DNA of 64,000 nucleotides. Origin: Candidatus Heimdallarchaeum endolithica. GTDB taxonomy: Archaea; Asgardarchaeota; Heimdallarchaeia; Heimdallarchaeales; Heimdallarchaeaceae. The DNA is taken from NCBI GenBank assembly GCA_021513715.1, contig CP084167.1, positions 3,104,001 through 3,168,000 on the forward strand, read 5' to 3'. A program made the translations under genes and the position numbers. Shown in pieces: positions 1 through 10,010 of the stretch. Position 1 is the first letter of the stretch; each line of letters begins with the position of its first letter. Under the pieces are notes generated by a model that worked only from the letters and a program-made list of their open reading frames with translations, was not told where the DNA came from and searched no databases.

Positions 1-23
1 ATAGAACTTTAGAGAAATAAGTA

Positions 24-926
24 TTAAGTAAGAAGTTCATTAAGAATTCTTGTAGATAATTCATCTGCTTCTTGAGAATCTGTCAGAAAATCTATTTCTG
101 AGGGGTCGTTAATACCTAAATTAAGTTCAACTGCTCTCTTTATTTGTTCTTGTTCAAAGATTCTACCTTGAGAAACTTCAGGTGTTGTACCTTGAATTCT
201 TAAAATCGCTACTCCTACTGCATCAATAGCAATTCTATCTGTTCCAGCTATTACTACTTTTGCATGTTTAACAGTTCCTTTATCTGGTCCTCCATCGACA
301 AAAATATCTACTCCGTCCATTACTATGAGATCTGGAGAAAATTGGGTGTTTATCTCTGCAATCAGTTTTCGTTGATGTGGGGAAGAATGGAGTTCTCTCA
401 TGTAAGAATTTCCATCTAAATTTCTGCGAGGAACTAGTCCTGTGGCAAGTTTTAGTGAAAGAGTAAAATGTCCTCCATATTGATGAGTTTTAATGCATCC
501 AAATTCGACTATACATTCAGCTTCATAATATAATTTTGAGAAAAGAAAACCATTTTTCCAGTGGCTATCTTTTGGTGTCACATGAACATATTCTTCTATT
601 GGGACTTCAGCAAGATTAACCAGTTTTACTCCTAGTTCTTCTGCTATTGGCTGCACTCTTTTAATAAAAGCTTCATTAGTGTCTACTGGGCCGCTTCTCT
701 CTGCTACAGTAATAGATTTTGCTCCCATTTCTTGAAGTTTTTTAAGAAAAACTTTGAGTGCACCTAAATCAGTTGAAGCAGGGGGAGGATCTGCAGTATT
801 AAAATTAGGCTTGAAAATAACATCCTTTCCCTTTACTGGATTAATGTCAAGTAATTCTATTGCTTTTAATACTCCTTCTTCTCGATTCTCGGTTACAACA
901 ATTGCGACTTTTGTCATTATAATCAC
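24..926 (-). CDS. DUF362 family protein
   Basis: VIFKPNF motif, KTHQYGGHFTLSLK and D-x-I-A-I-D-A-V motifs typical of DUF362. Confidence 0.8.
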   Translation of the reverse strand: MIIMTKVAIVVTENREEGVLKAIELLDINPVKGKDVIFKPNFNTADPPPASTDLGALKVFLKKLQEMGAKSITVAERSGPVDTNEAFIKRVQPIAEELGVKLVNLAEVPIEEYVHVTPKDSHWKNGFLFSKLYYEAECIVEFGCIKTHQYGGHFTLSLKLATGLVPRRNLDGNSYMRELHSSPHQRKLIAEINTQFSPDLIVMDGVDIFVDGGPDKGTVKHAKVVIAGTDRIAIDAVGVAILRIQGTTPEVSQGRIFEQEQIKRAVELNLGINDPSEIDFLTDSQEADELSTRILNELLT

Positions 927-967
927 TTTTTCTAGTAAACTAAATTATTAAGAAAACTTCTTTAATC

Positions 968-2557
968 TTGCTGTTTTACAAAATGCATATGAGTAATAAA
1001 TTATACTCTGATTTGGTAATAAAGAACGCTAATATATGGACAATGGACGATAATAGCCCACGAGCTAAACATTTGGCAATTTATAGCAACACGATTTGTA
1101 AAATCACCAATGATCTGAATGAAGTTGAACAATTAATTGGGCCTGAAACAAAAATAATAGACGCAGAAAACAAAACAGTTATTCCAGGATTTATCGATTC
1201 CCACACCCACATCGCATGGACTGGATTAAACAAAATCTATCTCGATTTAGGAAATACTAAAAGCTTAGAAGAAGCTTTATCTTTAATTAAAGAACAAATA
1301 CAGATGAAAGAAGAAGGAGAATGGATCATAGGTAGAAACTGGGACCAAAGTAATTGGGTTGAACAAAGATATATTACTGCTGCAGATTTAGACCCAATAA
1401 GTCCAAAAAATCCTGTTCTACTGAGACATGTTTCTGGCCATTTAGCAACAGTTAACTCTTTAGGTTTTGAGAGGTTGGGGTTAAGTAAGGATTTACAAGG
1501 GGTAGACCTTGATAAAAAAGGAAATGTTATTGGTACTTTAAGAGATATTGAGCTTTCAGATTTCAAAGAAATAAGACCAAAATTTGAAGATTTTGTTAAA
1601 GGGTTAGAATTTGGAATGGAAGAATGTATAAGATTAGGAATAACCTCTGTCCATGATAACATCACTTTTGAGCTTTTACCTGCTTATCACTATTTATTTC
1701 TAAATAATGAGATGAAAATAAGGGTTTATGGAATAATCTATGAAGATATGATCGAAGAAGCTATAAAACTTAATCTAAACAAAATAGTTGGTTCACAGTG
1801 GTTTAAAATAGGAGCTGTAAAACTAATGACTGATGGAGCAATATCCTCAAGAACAGCTTACCTTTTCGATGAATATGCTGATAAAGAAGGAGAATATGGT
1901 TTTGCTCTCTACGATGAAGAGAAATTAGATTACATGATTAAAAAAGTACATGAATCAGGTTACCAAGTAGCAGCACACGCTATAGGAGATAAAGCAGTAG
2001 CACAATTAATTGAAGCTTTTGCAAGAAATATAAACCCAGAAGAATGTAAAAGAAGATTACATAGGATAGAGCATGCTGAAATAGTTAGATATCAAGATTT
2101 AGAAAAAGCAAAAGAATTAAACATTGTTTTCTCAATGCAACCTAATTTTGTCTATAGATGGGGAAAAGTAGGTATAAATGGGATGTATGAAAAGAGACTA
2201 GGCAAAGAAAGAACGATGTTGAATAATCCTTTTGGTTGGGTGAAAGAAAATAATCTCATTCTTACCTTTGGAAGTGATGGAATGCCTTTAGGACCTTTAT
2301 ACGGGATTTTAGGCGCACTATATCATCCAAATGAAAAACAACAATTAACTTTAGAAGAAGCAATAAAGAGTTATACCTTGATCCCTGCATTAGTTTCTAA
2401 AGACGAGGATGTAAAAGGGTCTGTTGCAGAGGGAAAATTGGCTGATATTGTAATTTTGAGTCATAATCTAGACGAAATTAGTAAAGAAGAATTTGAAAAA
2501 GTAAAGGTGATAAAAACAATAATTGATGGAAAGATTGTTTTTGAACTTGAGGACTAA
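968..2557 (+). CDS. Amidohydrolase, YtcJ-like (amidohydro_3); true start probably slightly downstream
   Basis: VIPGFIDSHTH, AHAIGD, HRIEHAE, GSDG and GKLADIVIL motifs. Confidence 0.9.
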   Translation: MLFYKMHMSNKLYSDLVIKNANIWTMDDNSPRAKHLAIYSNTICKITNDLNEVEQLIGPETKIIDAENKTVIPGFIDSHTHIAWTGLNKIYLDLGNTKSLEEALSLIKEQIQMKEEGEWIIGRNWDQSNWVEQRYITAADLDPISPKNPVLLRHVSGHLATVNSLGFERLGLSKDLQGVDLDKKGNVIGTLRDIELSDFKEIRPKFEDFVKGLEFGMEECIRLGITSVHDNITFELLPAYHYLFLNNEMKIRVYGIIYEDMIEEAIKLNLNKIVGSQWFKIGAVKLMTDGAISSRTAYLFDEYADKEGEYGFALYDEEKLDYMIKKVHESGYQVAAHAIGDKAVAQLIEAFARNINPEECKRRLHRIEHAEIVRYQDLEKAKELNIVFSMQPNFVYRWGKVGINGMYEKRLGKERTMLNNPFGWVKENNLILTFGSDGMPLGPLYGILGALYHPNEKQQLTLEEAIKSYTLIPALVSKDEDVKGSVAEGKLADIVILSHNLDEISKEEFEKVKVIKTIIDGKIVFELED

Positions 2558-2623
2558 AATTCCACTTTTCTCTTCTTTTTATAATATTGTTTAAGTTTAA
2601 CACTGATTTAAGAAAAAAAATTT

Positions 2624-2676
2624 TGTCGATATTTTTATCGACAGTTTACTTTTTTGTCTATACTTTTTATCGACAA
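2624..2676. promoter_or_regulatory. Tandem palindromic operator-like sites upstream of the DRG GTPase gene
   Basis: TGTCGATA-tttt-TATCGACA (2624-2643, perfect) and TTGTCTATA-ctttt-TATCGACAA (2654-2676, one mismatch). Confidence 0.55.
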
Positions 2677-2750
2677 AGGAAGATAATTGCAAATCTTTAT
2701 CTTTCTCAATGAAAAAAAAACTAAAAAACAATAGAATAAGAAACATGGTA

Positions 2751-3860
2751 ATGAGTACTATTGATGAGCAGATACAAGAGCTCGAAGACCAGATAGCAAA
2801 AACACAAAAAAACAAAGCTACAGAGCACCATATAGGACAACTCAAAGCTAAGATTGCAAAGCTACGACGAAAGAAACTTGATATTCAGATGTCTAAATCT
2901 GGAAGCGGTTATGGTTTTGATGTGAAAAAATCTGGAGATGCTACTGTTGTTCTTGTAGGCTTACCATCAGTAGGAAAATCTTCACTTATATCTAAAATAA
3001 CAAATAAGGAAAGTAAAGTTGCATCATACGCTTTTACAACTTTAGATGCTATTCCTGGTATGTTATTCCATGAAGGAACTAAAATACAGATAGTAGATCT
3101 TCCTGGTATTATTGAAGGAGCTTCAGAAGGAAAAGGTAGAGGAAAAGAGATTCTTGCTGTTGCTAGAACCTCTGATATGATAATAATACTTGTAACACCT
3201 GAAAATGTTGATAATCAAATTGAGTTAATAATGAATGAATTATATAAAGTAGCTATTCGTCCAGGACTGAAAAAGCCCTACATCAATATCAAGAAGACAG
3301 ATAAGGGCGGAATAGCAATATCAACTCTTCATAGATTAACTCATATGTCTGAAAAAACATTTGCAGGGATAATGAGAGAGTATAAGATTTCTAATGCTAT
3401 AGTTACTGTAAGATCAGACCCAACAATGGAAGAGTTAATTGATATTCTTGAAGGAAATAGAGTTTATCCTAAGAAACTTATAGTTGTCAATAAAATTGAC
3501 CAATATCCTAAAGAAGTAATTGATGAAATAAAAGAAAAATATCCTGATGCTGTATTTATTAGCGCATTAAAAGATATTAATTTAGACATACTTAAAGATG
3601 CAATTGTAGATAGACTAGAATTAATTAAGATATGGATGAAAAAACAAGGCGAAAAAACAGATTTTTCAGAACCAATGATTATAAAAAAAGGTTCAACAGT
3701 TAGGGATGTTTGTGCAAAAATACATAGAAAATTTGTGTCAGAATTTAGATATGCTGTAGTTAGTGGACCAAGCGCTAAGCACCCTAATCAACGAGTAGGT
3801 ATTGAGCATGTCTTAAAAGATGGTGATATTTTAACAATTGTAATCAACAAATACTGGTGA
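2751..3860 (+). CDS. drg: DRG/Rbg family OBG GTPase with C-terminal TGS domain
   Basis: KTQKNKATEHHIGQLKAK N-terminus, GLPSVGKS, YAFTT, DLPG, NKID, QRVGIEHVLKDGD; start set at MSTIDEQI. Confidence 0.93.
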   Translation: MSTIDEQIQELEDQIAKTQKNKATEHHIGQLKAKIAKLRRKKLDIQMSKSGSGYGFDVKKSGDATVVLVGLPSVGKSSLISKITNKESKVASYAFTTLDAIPGMLFHEGTKIQIVDLPGIIEGASEGKGRGKEILAVARTSDMIIILVTPENVDNQIELIMNELYKVAIRPGLKKPYINIKKTDKGGIAISTLHRLTHMSEKTFAGIMREYKISNAIVTVRSDPTMEELIDILEGNRVYPKKLIVVNKIDQYPKEVIDEIKEKYPDAVFISALKDINLDILKDAIVDRLELIKIWMKKQGEKTDFSEPMIIKKGSTVRDVCAKIHRKFVSEFRYAVVSGPSAKHPNQRVGIEHVLKDGDILTIVINKYW

Positions 3861-4090
3861 TAAATGAATTATTTGTATGGTCACTTGTTTGATTTGATAT
3901 TAGCAATTATAAAATCCAAACTGTGTATTAATTCCAACATGTAAAAAAGTAATTTATACTATTTTTGATAAATGTGATAGAAGTTTCTTTTAAATTATAA
4001 ATTATAATTTTATAACCTTGTTGTTATTTTTTATGTTTCATTCATCAATAAACTTAAATATTATTTAAATAATTTTTTTATGGGTATACA

Positions 4091-4372
4091 ATGAGCGACG
4101 GAACATTGGAAGTATCCAAATCAGATGAAATTGTGGCTTTGGCTAAAGCTTTGTCTTCTCCTACAAGGTATCAAATTGTAAAATTGTTAATCGATAAGGA
4201 GATGGACATATCAAACATTGCTAAAGCTATGAAACAAACTGAAGCTAACACTTCAGCCCAGATTAAATTCCTTGAGAAAGCAAAAATCTTGGAATCAAGG
4301 TATGAACCTGGTGCACATGGTGTTAGAAAGGTTTGTAAAACAAATGTAAAAAAAGTAATAATCAATCTATAA
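4091..4372 (+). CDS. ArsR-family HTH transcriptional regulator
   Basis: KALSSPTRYQIVKLL ... SAQIKFLEKAKIL ... GVRKVC. Confidence 0.85.
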   Translation: MSDGTLEVSKSDEIVALAKALSSPTRYQIVKLLIDKEMDISNIAKAMKQTEANTSAQIKFLEKAKILESRYEPGAHGVRKVCKTNVKKVIINL

Positions 4373-4400
4373 TAGCGTTATCGCTATTTTTCTCTTTTTT
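4371..4400 (+). terminator. Hairpin plus T-tract between convergent genes
   Basis: AATAGCG-ttat-CGCTATT followed by a T-rich run. Confidence 0.35.
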
Positions 4401-4932
4401 TTGGTTTCTGGAAGATGAGCGCATTATCCTCAATTGGAAGTTTCCAACAATCAATTATCTCATAATTATTATCTATTAATTGGTATAGTTCTTCAAGAGA
4501 AAAAAGTTTAGTTAGAGCAGTAAGAATGACCAATCCTCCCTTTTTTAGAATTATATTAAACTGATTGATTGTGTACAAAGGTTCAGGCACGTTTTGGATG
4601 ACAGAAAAACAAGTGATGATCTCAACACTATTTCTGCGAATAGGTAAAGAGTCACTGTCACAAACAACAGTGAAAATTAAATCATTGTTTTTGATTCCTT
4701 CCTTTAACATATTAAAACTTATATCACATGAGATAATTTGATTTTGCTTTTTTAGAAATTTAGAAAATAATCCTGTGCCTGCTCCAACATCTAGAATTAG
4801 TTTGTTATTGAAATTTTGAAAATGATTGATAATATCAAAATATTTTTTCTCTTGTATTGAAAGGTAACGACGATCATATATTTTTGCAGTTTCATCATAA
4901 CTTCTTCTTACTTTAAACTTCTTTTTGCTCAT
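4384..4932 (-). CDS. Class I SAM-dependent methyltransferase
   Basis: ILDVGAGTG motif I, DISFNML. Confidence 0.85.
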   Translation of the reverse strand: MSKKKFKVRRSYDETAKIYDRRYLSIQEKKYFDIINHFQNFNNKLILDVGAGTGLFSKFLKKQNQIISCDISFNMLKEGIKNNDLIFTVVCDSDSLPIRRNSVEIITCFSVIQNVPEPLYTINQFNIILKKGGLVILTALTKLFSLEELYQLIDNNYEIIDCWKLPIEDNALIFQKPKKREK

Positions 4933-4984
4933 TGATATAACAATTGTAGAAAAGAATTTTAACTATATGGGAGAGTACCTCTTA

Positions 4985-5872
4985 ATGCCTATAAGCTTGA
5001 ATGCTGTTAAAGTGTTAAAAGAATTGGACAAAGAAGATATTAGAATACTTCAAATGATAGAAGTATTGTTGAAAGAAGGAGAATATGCTCCTCTAGAAAA
5101 AATAGCTAAATATGCTGGTTTTACAGTAAAAGAGACTAATTATAGGTTATCAAAAATACATAAGCTAAAATTGATTGAGAGATGGAAAGGTCACTATATA
5201 GGTTATACTCTTAAGTTTGCAGGATTTGATGCTTTAGCTTTAAATGCCTTATATGAAGGAGGAATAATTTCAAGTGTGGGTTCAGCAAGAGGAGTAGGGA
5301 AAGAGAGTGACATATATTATGCTTTAGATTTTGAAGAAAATGAGGTAATAATTAAAATAAACAGAACAGGTAGAGCAAGTTTTAGAAATGTGAAAAAAAA
5401 GAGAGATTTTCTAGAAAATAGAACTCACTATTCAATTTATTTTACAGCTTTCTTGTCAGCAAAAAGAGAATATGAAATACTATCTAAACTACAAGGAGCA
5501 AAATTACCTGTTCCAAAGATCAGAGGATATAATAGGCATATAATAGTGATGGACATAATTAAGGGAAAAGAACTGGTTAATATTGATTACATAGAAAAAC
5601 CTTTGAAAATACTAAAACAGATTATCAAGTTTGAAAGGAAACTTTACAAAAAGTATAAAATAATACATGCTGATTTAACAGAATACAACATTATTTATGA
5701 TGAAGAAAGTGGAAAAATAACTATTATTGATTTTCCCCAAGCTGTTACAGTTGATCATCCTAATGCTTTAGAGTTGTTAGAGCGTGATGTTAACCATTTG
5801 ATGGATTTTTTTGGAAAAAAATATGGAGTTCAGCTTGATACTGAATCTGTTGTGAAATTCATTACTAAATAA
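4985..5872 (+). CDS. rio2: RIO2 serine/threonine kinase (N-terminal wHTH plus RIO kinase domain)
   Basis: GFDALAL, GVGKESDIY, IHADLTEYNI, IIDFPQ; start set at MPISL. Confidence 0.92.
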   Translation: MPISLNAVKVLKELDKEDIRILQMIEVLLKEGEYAPLEKIAKYAGFTVKETNYRLSKIHKLKLIERWKGHYIGYTLKFAGFDALALNALYEGGIISSVGSARGVGKESDIYYALDFEENEVIIKINRTGRASFRNVKKKRDFLENRTHYSIYFTAFLSAKREYEILSKLQGAKLPVPKIRGYNRHIIVMDIIKGKELVNIDYIEKPLKILKQIIKFERKLYKKYKIIHADLTEYNIIYDEESGKITIIDFPQAVTVDHPNALELLERDVNHLMDFFGKKYGVQLDTESVVKFITK

Positions 5873-5955
5873 AAGGTAACTAAATAAGAGTGAAAAAGAA
5901 AACAATAATTAGAATAGGAAAAAGGCTGTTTAGAAAAAGGAGAAGAACAAATTAA

Positions 5956-8031
5956 TTGGTGATTGATATAGCTCACGAGAAAATAATAATAGGAGCTGAC
6001 ATCGTTCCTCAGACATCCGCATCAAAGAATCCACACTATGCAGTATGTGTATATGATGGGATTAAGGAGAAAGTAATTGATTCATTTGAAAACGTTAATT
6101 TTCATAAATTGATAAGCATAATCCAGAAAACACAAGCCAATTTTCTTGCAACAGATAATGTTTATGAACTAGTTTCTTCTCCCTCTTATTTGCCTTATCT
6201 TTGTATTCAATTATCTCCAAGCACTAAACTTGTTCAAGTAACAGGTAGCCCTATTCATGGTTTTACTCCCTTAACTAAATTAATGAGAAAATATGGGCTA
6301 GAAGTTACAGGAAAACCTGCTCCTAGTGAATCAGCAAAGGCATGTGCAATACTGGCAAACAAAAAAATAGGTTACCGTGTTGAACCCTTTGAAGATGAAA
6401 CAAAAATAGTTGTTTCACGCTCTAGGTCAAAAGGAGCTGGAGGTTGGTCTCAAGGACGGTATGGTAGGTTGTATGATACTAGTGTTCTTCAAGTAGCTAA
6501 CGAGGTTGAAACAGTATTAAAAGAACATGATATTGACTATGATAAACACATCACAAAAAGCAAATATGGAGCAAAAAAAGTAGTTTTTGACGCTTATAGT
6601 CCATTAAACCAAGTGCTATCAATTATAAAAAATAAAAAAGGAGAATTGTGTCAAGTTAAGATTTTTCCAGTGAATAAAGAGCATGTAGAATTTATTCCGT
6701 TAAGTCAAGAAGTTACTCTTAAGCCTAAATTGAAAAGGCTGATAGTAGGTATTGATCCAGGATTAACAGTTGGGTTATCTATTCTAGATCTTCGAGGAAA
6801 AGTTTTGAAAACCTTATCTTTACGCCAAGCAAGTAGGGGGCACGTTATTAGAGCTATTACTAAATTTGGAAAACCCACTTTGGTTTGTTGTGATGTTTAC
6901 CCTTATCCTAGTTATGTGGAAAAGATTGCAGGAAACCTAAATGGAAAATTATTTGCCCCTAGATCAATTTTAACAGTAGCTGAAAAAAATAGAATCGCAA
7001 GGCAATTGGCGATAGAGCAAGGGATTGTAATAAAAGATGCTCATCAAAGAGATTCTTTAGCTGCTGCTTTTAGTGGGTATAAAAAATATAGAGAACAGTT
7101 TTCAAAAGTGGATGAAAAGTATTTACACGAATTTGATAAAAATCTAAGAGATGAAATTAAGGATCTATTAGTTAGAGGAAGAAGTTTAAACGATTCTGTA
7201 GACTATATCAGAAAAGAGTTAGAAAAAGAAAAGAAGAAAGAAGAAAAGATAATCACAATAGAAGAAATTAAAGATATAAAACCAGAAAAAGTTCTTGAAG
7301 AGAATAGGAGCTTAAAAGAGAGAATTAATTTACTAGAAAAACAACTGGAAGAAGAAAAAAGTAAAAATGCTGAAATTTTTTCTGAAAATGAAGAACTAAA
7401 AAGAGAAATAGACTACCTTAGAGACAAATTAGCACAAGGAAAAGAAAAATATATTAGGGGTCTTTACAAAGAAAAAATCTTTTTACAAAAAGACAGTCTA
7501 ATAAATTCATTGAAAGAAAAAAATAAAGCACTAAAAGATGAACTTGACTTCTATGCTGCAAAAATTGATGAGCTAAAAAGAATAGTATGGTTACGAACAA
7601 ATGAAAACTGGGTGGCTCTAAAAGTCATAAAAAAGTTTACTCAGGAAGAAATAGAAAAAACAAATGAAATACATGAATTAAGGCCAGGGGATATTGTTTA
7701 TATCCTTAATACAACTGGAGGCGGAGGGCAAACAGCTGAATTACTAGTAAAATATAAAATCAAAGCTATAATAGGAGACATAGAAAATTTGTCTTATTAT
7801 GCTAAAACAAAATTCATGAAATACCAGATTCCTCTAATTGATAGAGAAAGAGTTAACCCGTTAAGAATGGATGAAATTGCAATAATTGAAGAAAAAGAAA
7901 TTGATGATGCTATAGAGAAAGCAAGAAAAGAATTAGAGCAAATAATTATTAAAGAAAAAGAGTCTATACTTGAAAATCTAGTTGATGAATACAGAAAAGA
8001 GAGAAAAAGAGAATTAGGAGAAAATATATAG
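5956..8031 (+). CDS. DUF460 family protein (RNase H-like domain plus coiled coil)
   Basis: GGWSQGRY, IVGIDPGLTVG, HQRDSLAAA, long coiled coil, GGGGQTAELL. Confidence 0.85.
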   Translation: MVIDIAHEKIIIGADIVPQTSASKNPHYAVCVYDGIKEKVIDSFENVNFHKLISIIQKTQANFLATDNVYELVSSPSYLPYLCIQLSPSTKLVQVTGSPIHGFTPLTKLMRKYGLEVTGKPAPSESAKACAILANKKIGYRVEPFEDETKIVVSRSRSKGAGGWSQGRYGRLYDTSVLQVANEVETVLKEHDIDYDKHITKSKYGAKKVVFDAYSPLNQVLSIIKNKKGELCQVKIFPVNKEHVEFIPLSQEVTLKPKLKRLIVGIDPGLTVGLSILDLRGKVLKTLSLRQASRGHVIRAITKFGKPTLVCCDVYPYPSYVEKIAGNLNGKLFAPRSILTVAEKNRIARQLAIEQGIVIKDAHQRDSLAAAFSGYKKYREQFSKVDEKYLHEFDKNLRDEIKDLLVRGRSLNDSVDYIRKELEKEKKKEEKIITIEEIKDIKPEKVLEENRSLKERINLLEKQLEEEKSKNAEIFSENEELKREIDYLRDKLAQGKEKYIRGLYKEKIFLQKDSLINSLKEKNKALKDELDFYAAKIDELKRIVWLRTNENWVALKVIKKFTQEEIEKTNEIHELRPGDIVYILNTTGGGGQTAELLVKYKIKAIIGDIENLSYYAKTKFMKYQIPLIDRERVNPLRMDEIAIIEEKEIDDAIEKARKELEQIIIKEKESILENLVDEYRKERKRELGENI

Positions 8032-8129
8032 TTATTCACAAAGAAAAGTCTAAACCATCAAATTTTAAATCTAAAGATGTAAATAACCTAGGAAAATTGA
8101 AAGTCCTAGGTCGAGAAGTTAATTTGAAA

Positions 8130-8375
8130 TTAAGCAGGATAATCTTCTATATTAACTTGAACAAACAAAATATTGTTTCCACGAACAAAAATATCTCCAT
8201 AAGAGGCTACTTCTTCATTTTCTATGATTTCAGTACTTTCACGAAGCCAAACATTCATGTTTTGGTCGAAAGAGACTAGTTTTCCTTTATATCTCACGTT
8301 GTCTTTTAGTCTAATAATTACTTGTTTATTTAATGCTTTTCTCAAGCTGTTAACTGGAATGCTGCTCATACTCAT
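8130..8375 (-). CDS. Sm-like (Lsm) protein
   Basis: Sm1 GKLVSFDQNMNVWL and Sm2 IFVRGNNI motifs. Confidence 0.92.
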   Translation of the reverse strand: MSMSSIPVNSLRKALNKQVIIRLKDNVRYKGKLVSFDQNMNVWLRESTEIIENEEVASYGDIFVRGNNILFVQVNIEDYPA

Positions 8376-8515
8376 TATTTTTCACTCTCAATAAAATCTA
8401 AACATTAATTATTCATCGACTTTTCAGAATCTATAAAAAGCTTTTTGTTAAATACCGATTTTACTTTGTATCTAAACTTGTTTCGTGACTTTTTTCTAGT
8501 TGATAAAACTATTTT

Positions 8516-10006
8516 TTACAAGTCGAAATTTTTTGCCACTTGTTCTAAATTCTTTGTTTCAAGATTTTTGGTTATTCTCTCTCTTATTTTTACGTAAATT
8601 GGGTGGTTAACAGCATTTCCAACTACAATTGCTTCTCCTACTCCAAGTGTGGTGATAGAGTTCAAAGTATCTCTATCAATACCCTCACTAGTTCTTCCTA
8701 TGAATTCAAGATCGTAAGGATTCATTATTTTCATAATAATTTGGGTGTTACACTGACTAAGGGTGGTAGTAGAAAGATTTACCGGCCTCTGACTGATGAG
8801 TATCAAGGAAATGAAAAACTTTCTTCCTTCTCTTGCTATGGTGTTTATTATAGGCCTTGAGATAGCTAAACTCAGTTTACTTTCTGGAGCAAACTGATGT
8901 GCTTCTTCTAATATTACTGAAACAGGAGGAATCTCTGATTTCTTTCTTAATTCAAATAACCGCGAAAGAGTATAGGATACAATCATCTGTTTCTGTCTTA
9001 AACTAGTGAAATCACTTAAGTCAATAATTAACAATTTTCCTGGTTTAGTTTTTTCCTTTAAATTAGGGAATTCCTTTACACCGAAAAGTTTTGTTTTTTC
9101 TAATTCAAACAACCATCCATTAAGAGCATCTTTAGTTCGCTGATTCATTCGTTCATCATTTTCTATTTCTTCCATAATATCAGAAATTGTGTAACTAACA
9201 CCTTTTTTCACTTTTTCATTATACATTCTCCCAAGAACAACATATAATTCTCTTAATTGTACTGGACTAATGTCTGGCTGAAAATTTGCAAATTGAGCTG
9301 CAGAAATAGAGTGTGTTGCAAATTGAATGTAACTAGCAGATATAACTTCTATTTGTTCGTTTATTTTTGCTCCTGTTTCTTTCAGTCCCTTATATTCTCC
9401 ATGAACATCAAACAAAATAGTAGCTATTCTACCTTGTTCTTTCTTTCTGTTCAGTAGCTCTTCCAAAAGAACAGAAACTGTATAAGATTTTCCTGCTCCA
9501 CTTATTGCAAGTATAGCTAAATGTTTTTGCAGAAATCTGGTGAGGTTCAATTTTACTTTTATATCATGATGCTCCAACTTTCCAATATATAAACCATTAT
9601 CCTGATCTAGGCCTAAAAATTTTGAAAGTAAGTTCGAATCTGCCAGAAAAACGTTGTCTCCTGGACTAACTGGGTATTGTAATCGTTTTACTCCTTGTTT
9701 AGTATGAATACCTAACGCTTTTGCTTTAGCAATAATATATTCCCAACTATCAGCAGGAAAAATAGAAGCTAGTGTCTTTCCACTTGTTTCATAAGCTTTT
9801 ACTGCGGAAGGAGAAGAAAAGTATCTGTTCGTTTTTATAATATCTTTTACTTGGGCTATTACTTTTCCTTCTTCTTCTGGTGTGTCCACTACGATGTACA
9901 TATCTCTTTTTAACTGAAAATCTTTACTATCCTTCGTTATCACAAAATGGAATTCAGAAGGATTAGGGGTGGTTTGTGTTACTATTACTGTTCCTATCAT
10001 TTTCAT
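8516..10006 (-). CDS. herA: HerA bipolar DNA helicase/ATPase
   Basis: N-terminal HAS barrel, HLAILAISGAGKS, EEAHQF, IAREGRKF, SQRP; adjacent to nurA. Confidence 0.9.
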   Translation of the reverse strand: MKMIGTVIVTQTTPNPSEFHFVITKDSKDFQLKRDMYIVVDTPEEEGKVIAQVKDIIKTNRYFSSPSAVKAYETSGKTLASIFPADSWEYIIAKAKALGIHTKQGVKRLQYPVSPGDNVFLADSNLLSKFLGLDQDNGLYIGKLEHHDIKVKLNLTRFLQKHLAILAISGAGKSYTVSVLLEELLNRKKEQGRIATILFDVHGEYKGLKETGAKINEQIEVISASYIQFATHSISAAQFANFQPDISPVQLRELYVVLGRMYNEKVKKGVSYTISDIMEEIENDERMNQRTKDALNGWLFELEKTKLFGVKEFPNLKEKTKPGKLLIIDLSDFTSLRQKQMIVSYTLSRLFELRKKSEIPPVSVILEEAHQFAPESKLSLAISRPIINTIAREGRKFFISLILISQRPVNLSTTTLSQCNTQIIMKIMNPYDLEFIGRTSEGIDRDTLNSITTLGVGEAIVVGNAVNHPIYVKIRERITKNLETKNLEQVAKNFDL

Positions 10007-10010
10007 TTTA

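Noticed and set aside
4060-4073. Perfect palindrome ATTATTTAAATAAT upstream of the ArsR gene
   Set aside because: AT-only in very AT-rich DNA and overlapping the probable TATA box; not distinguishable from chance.
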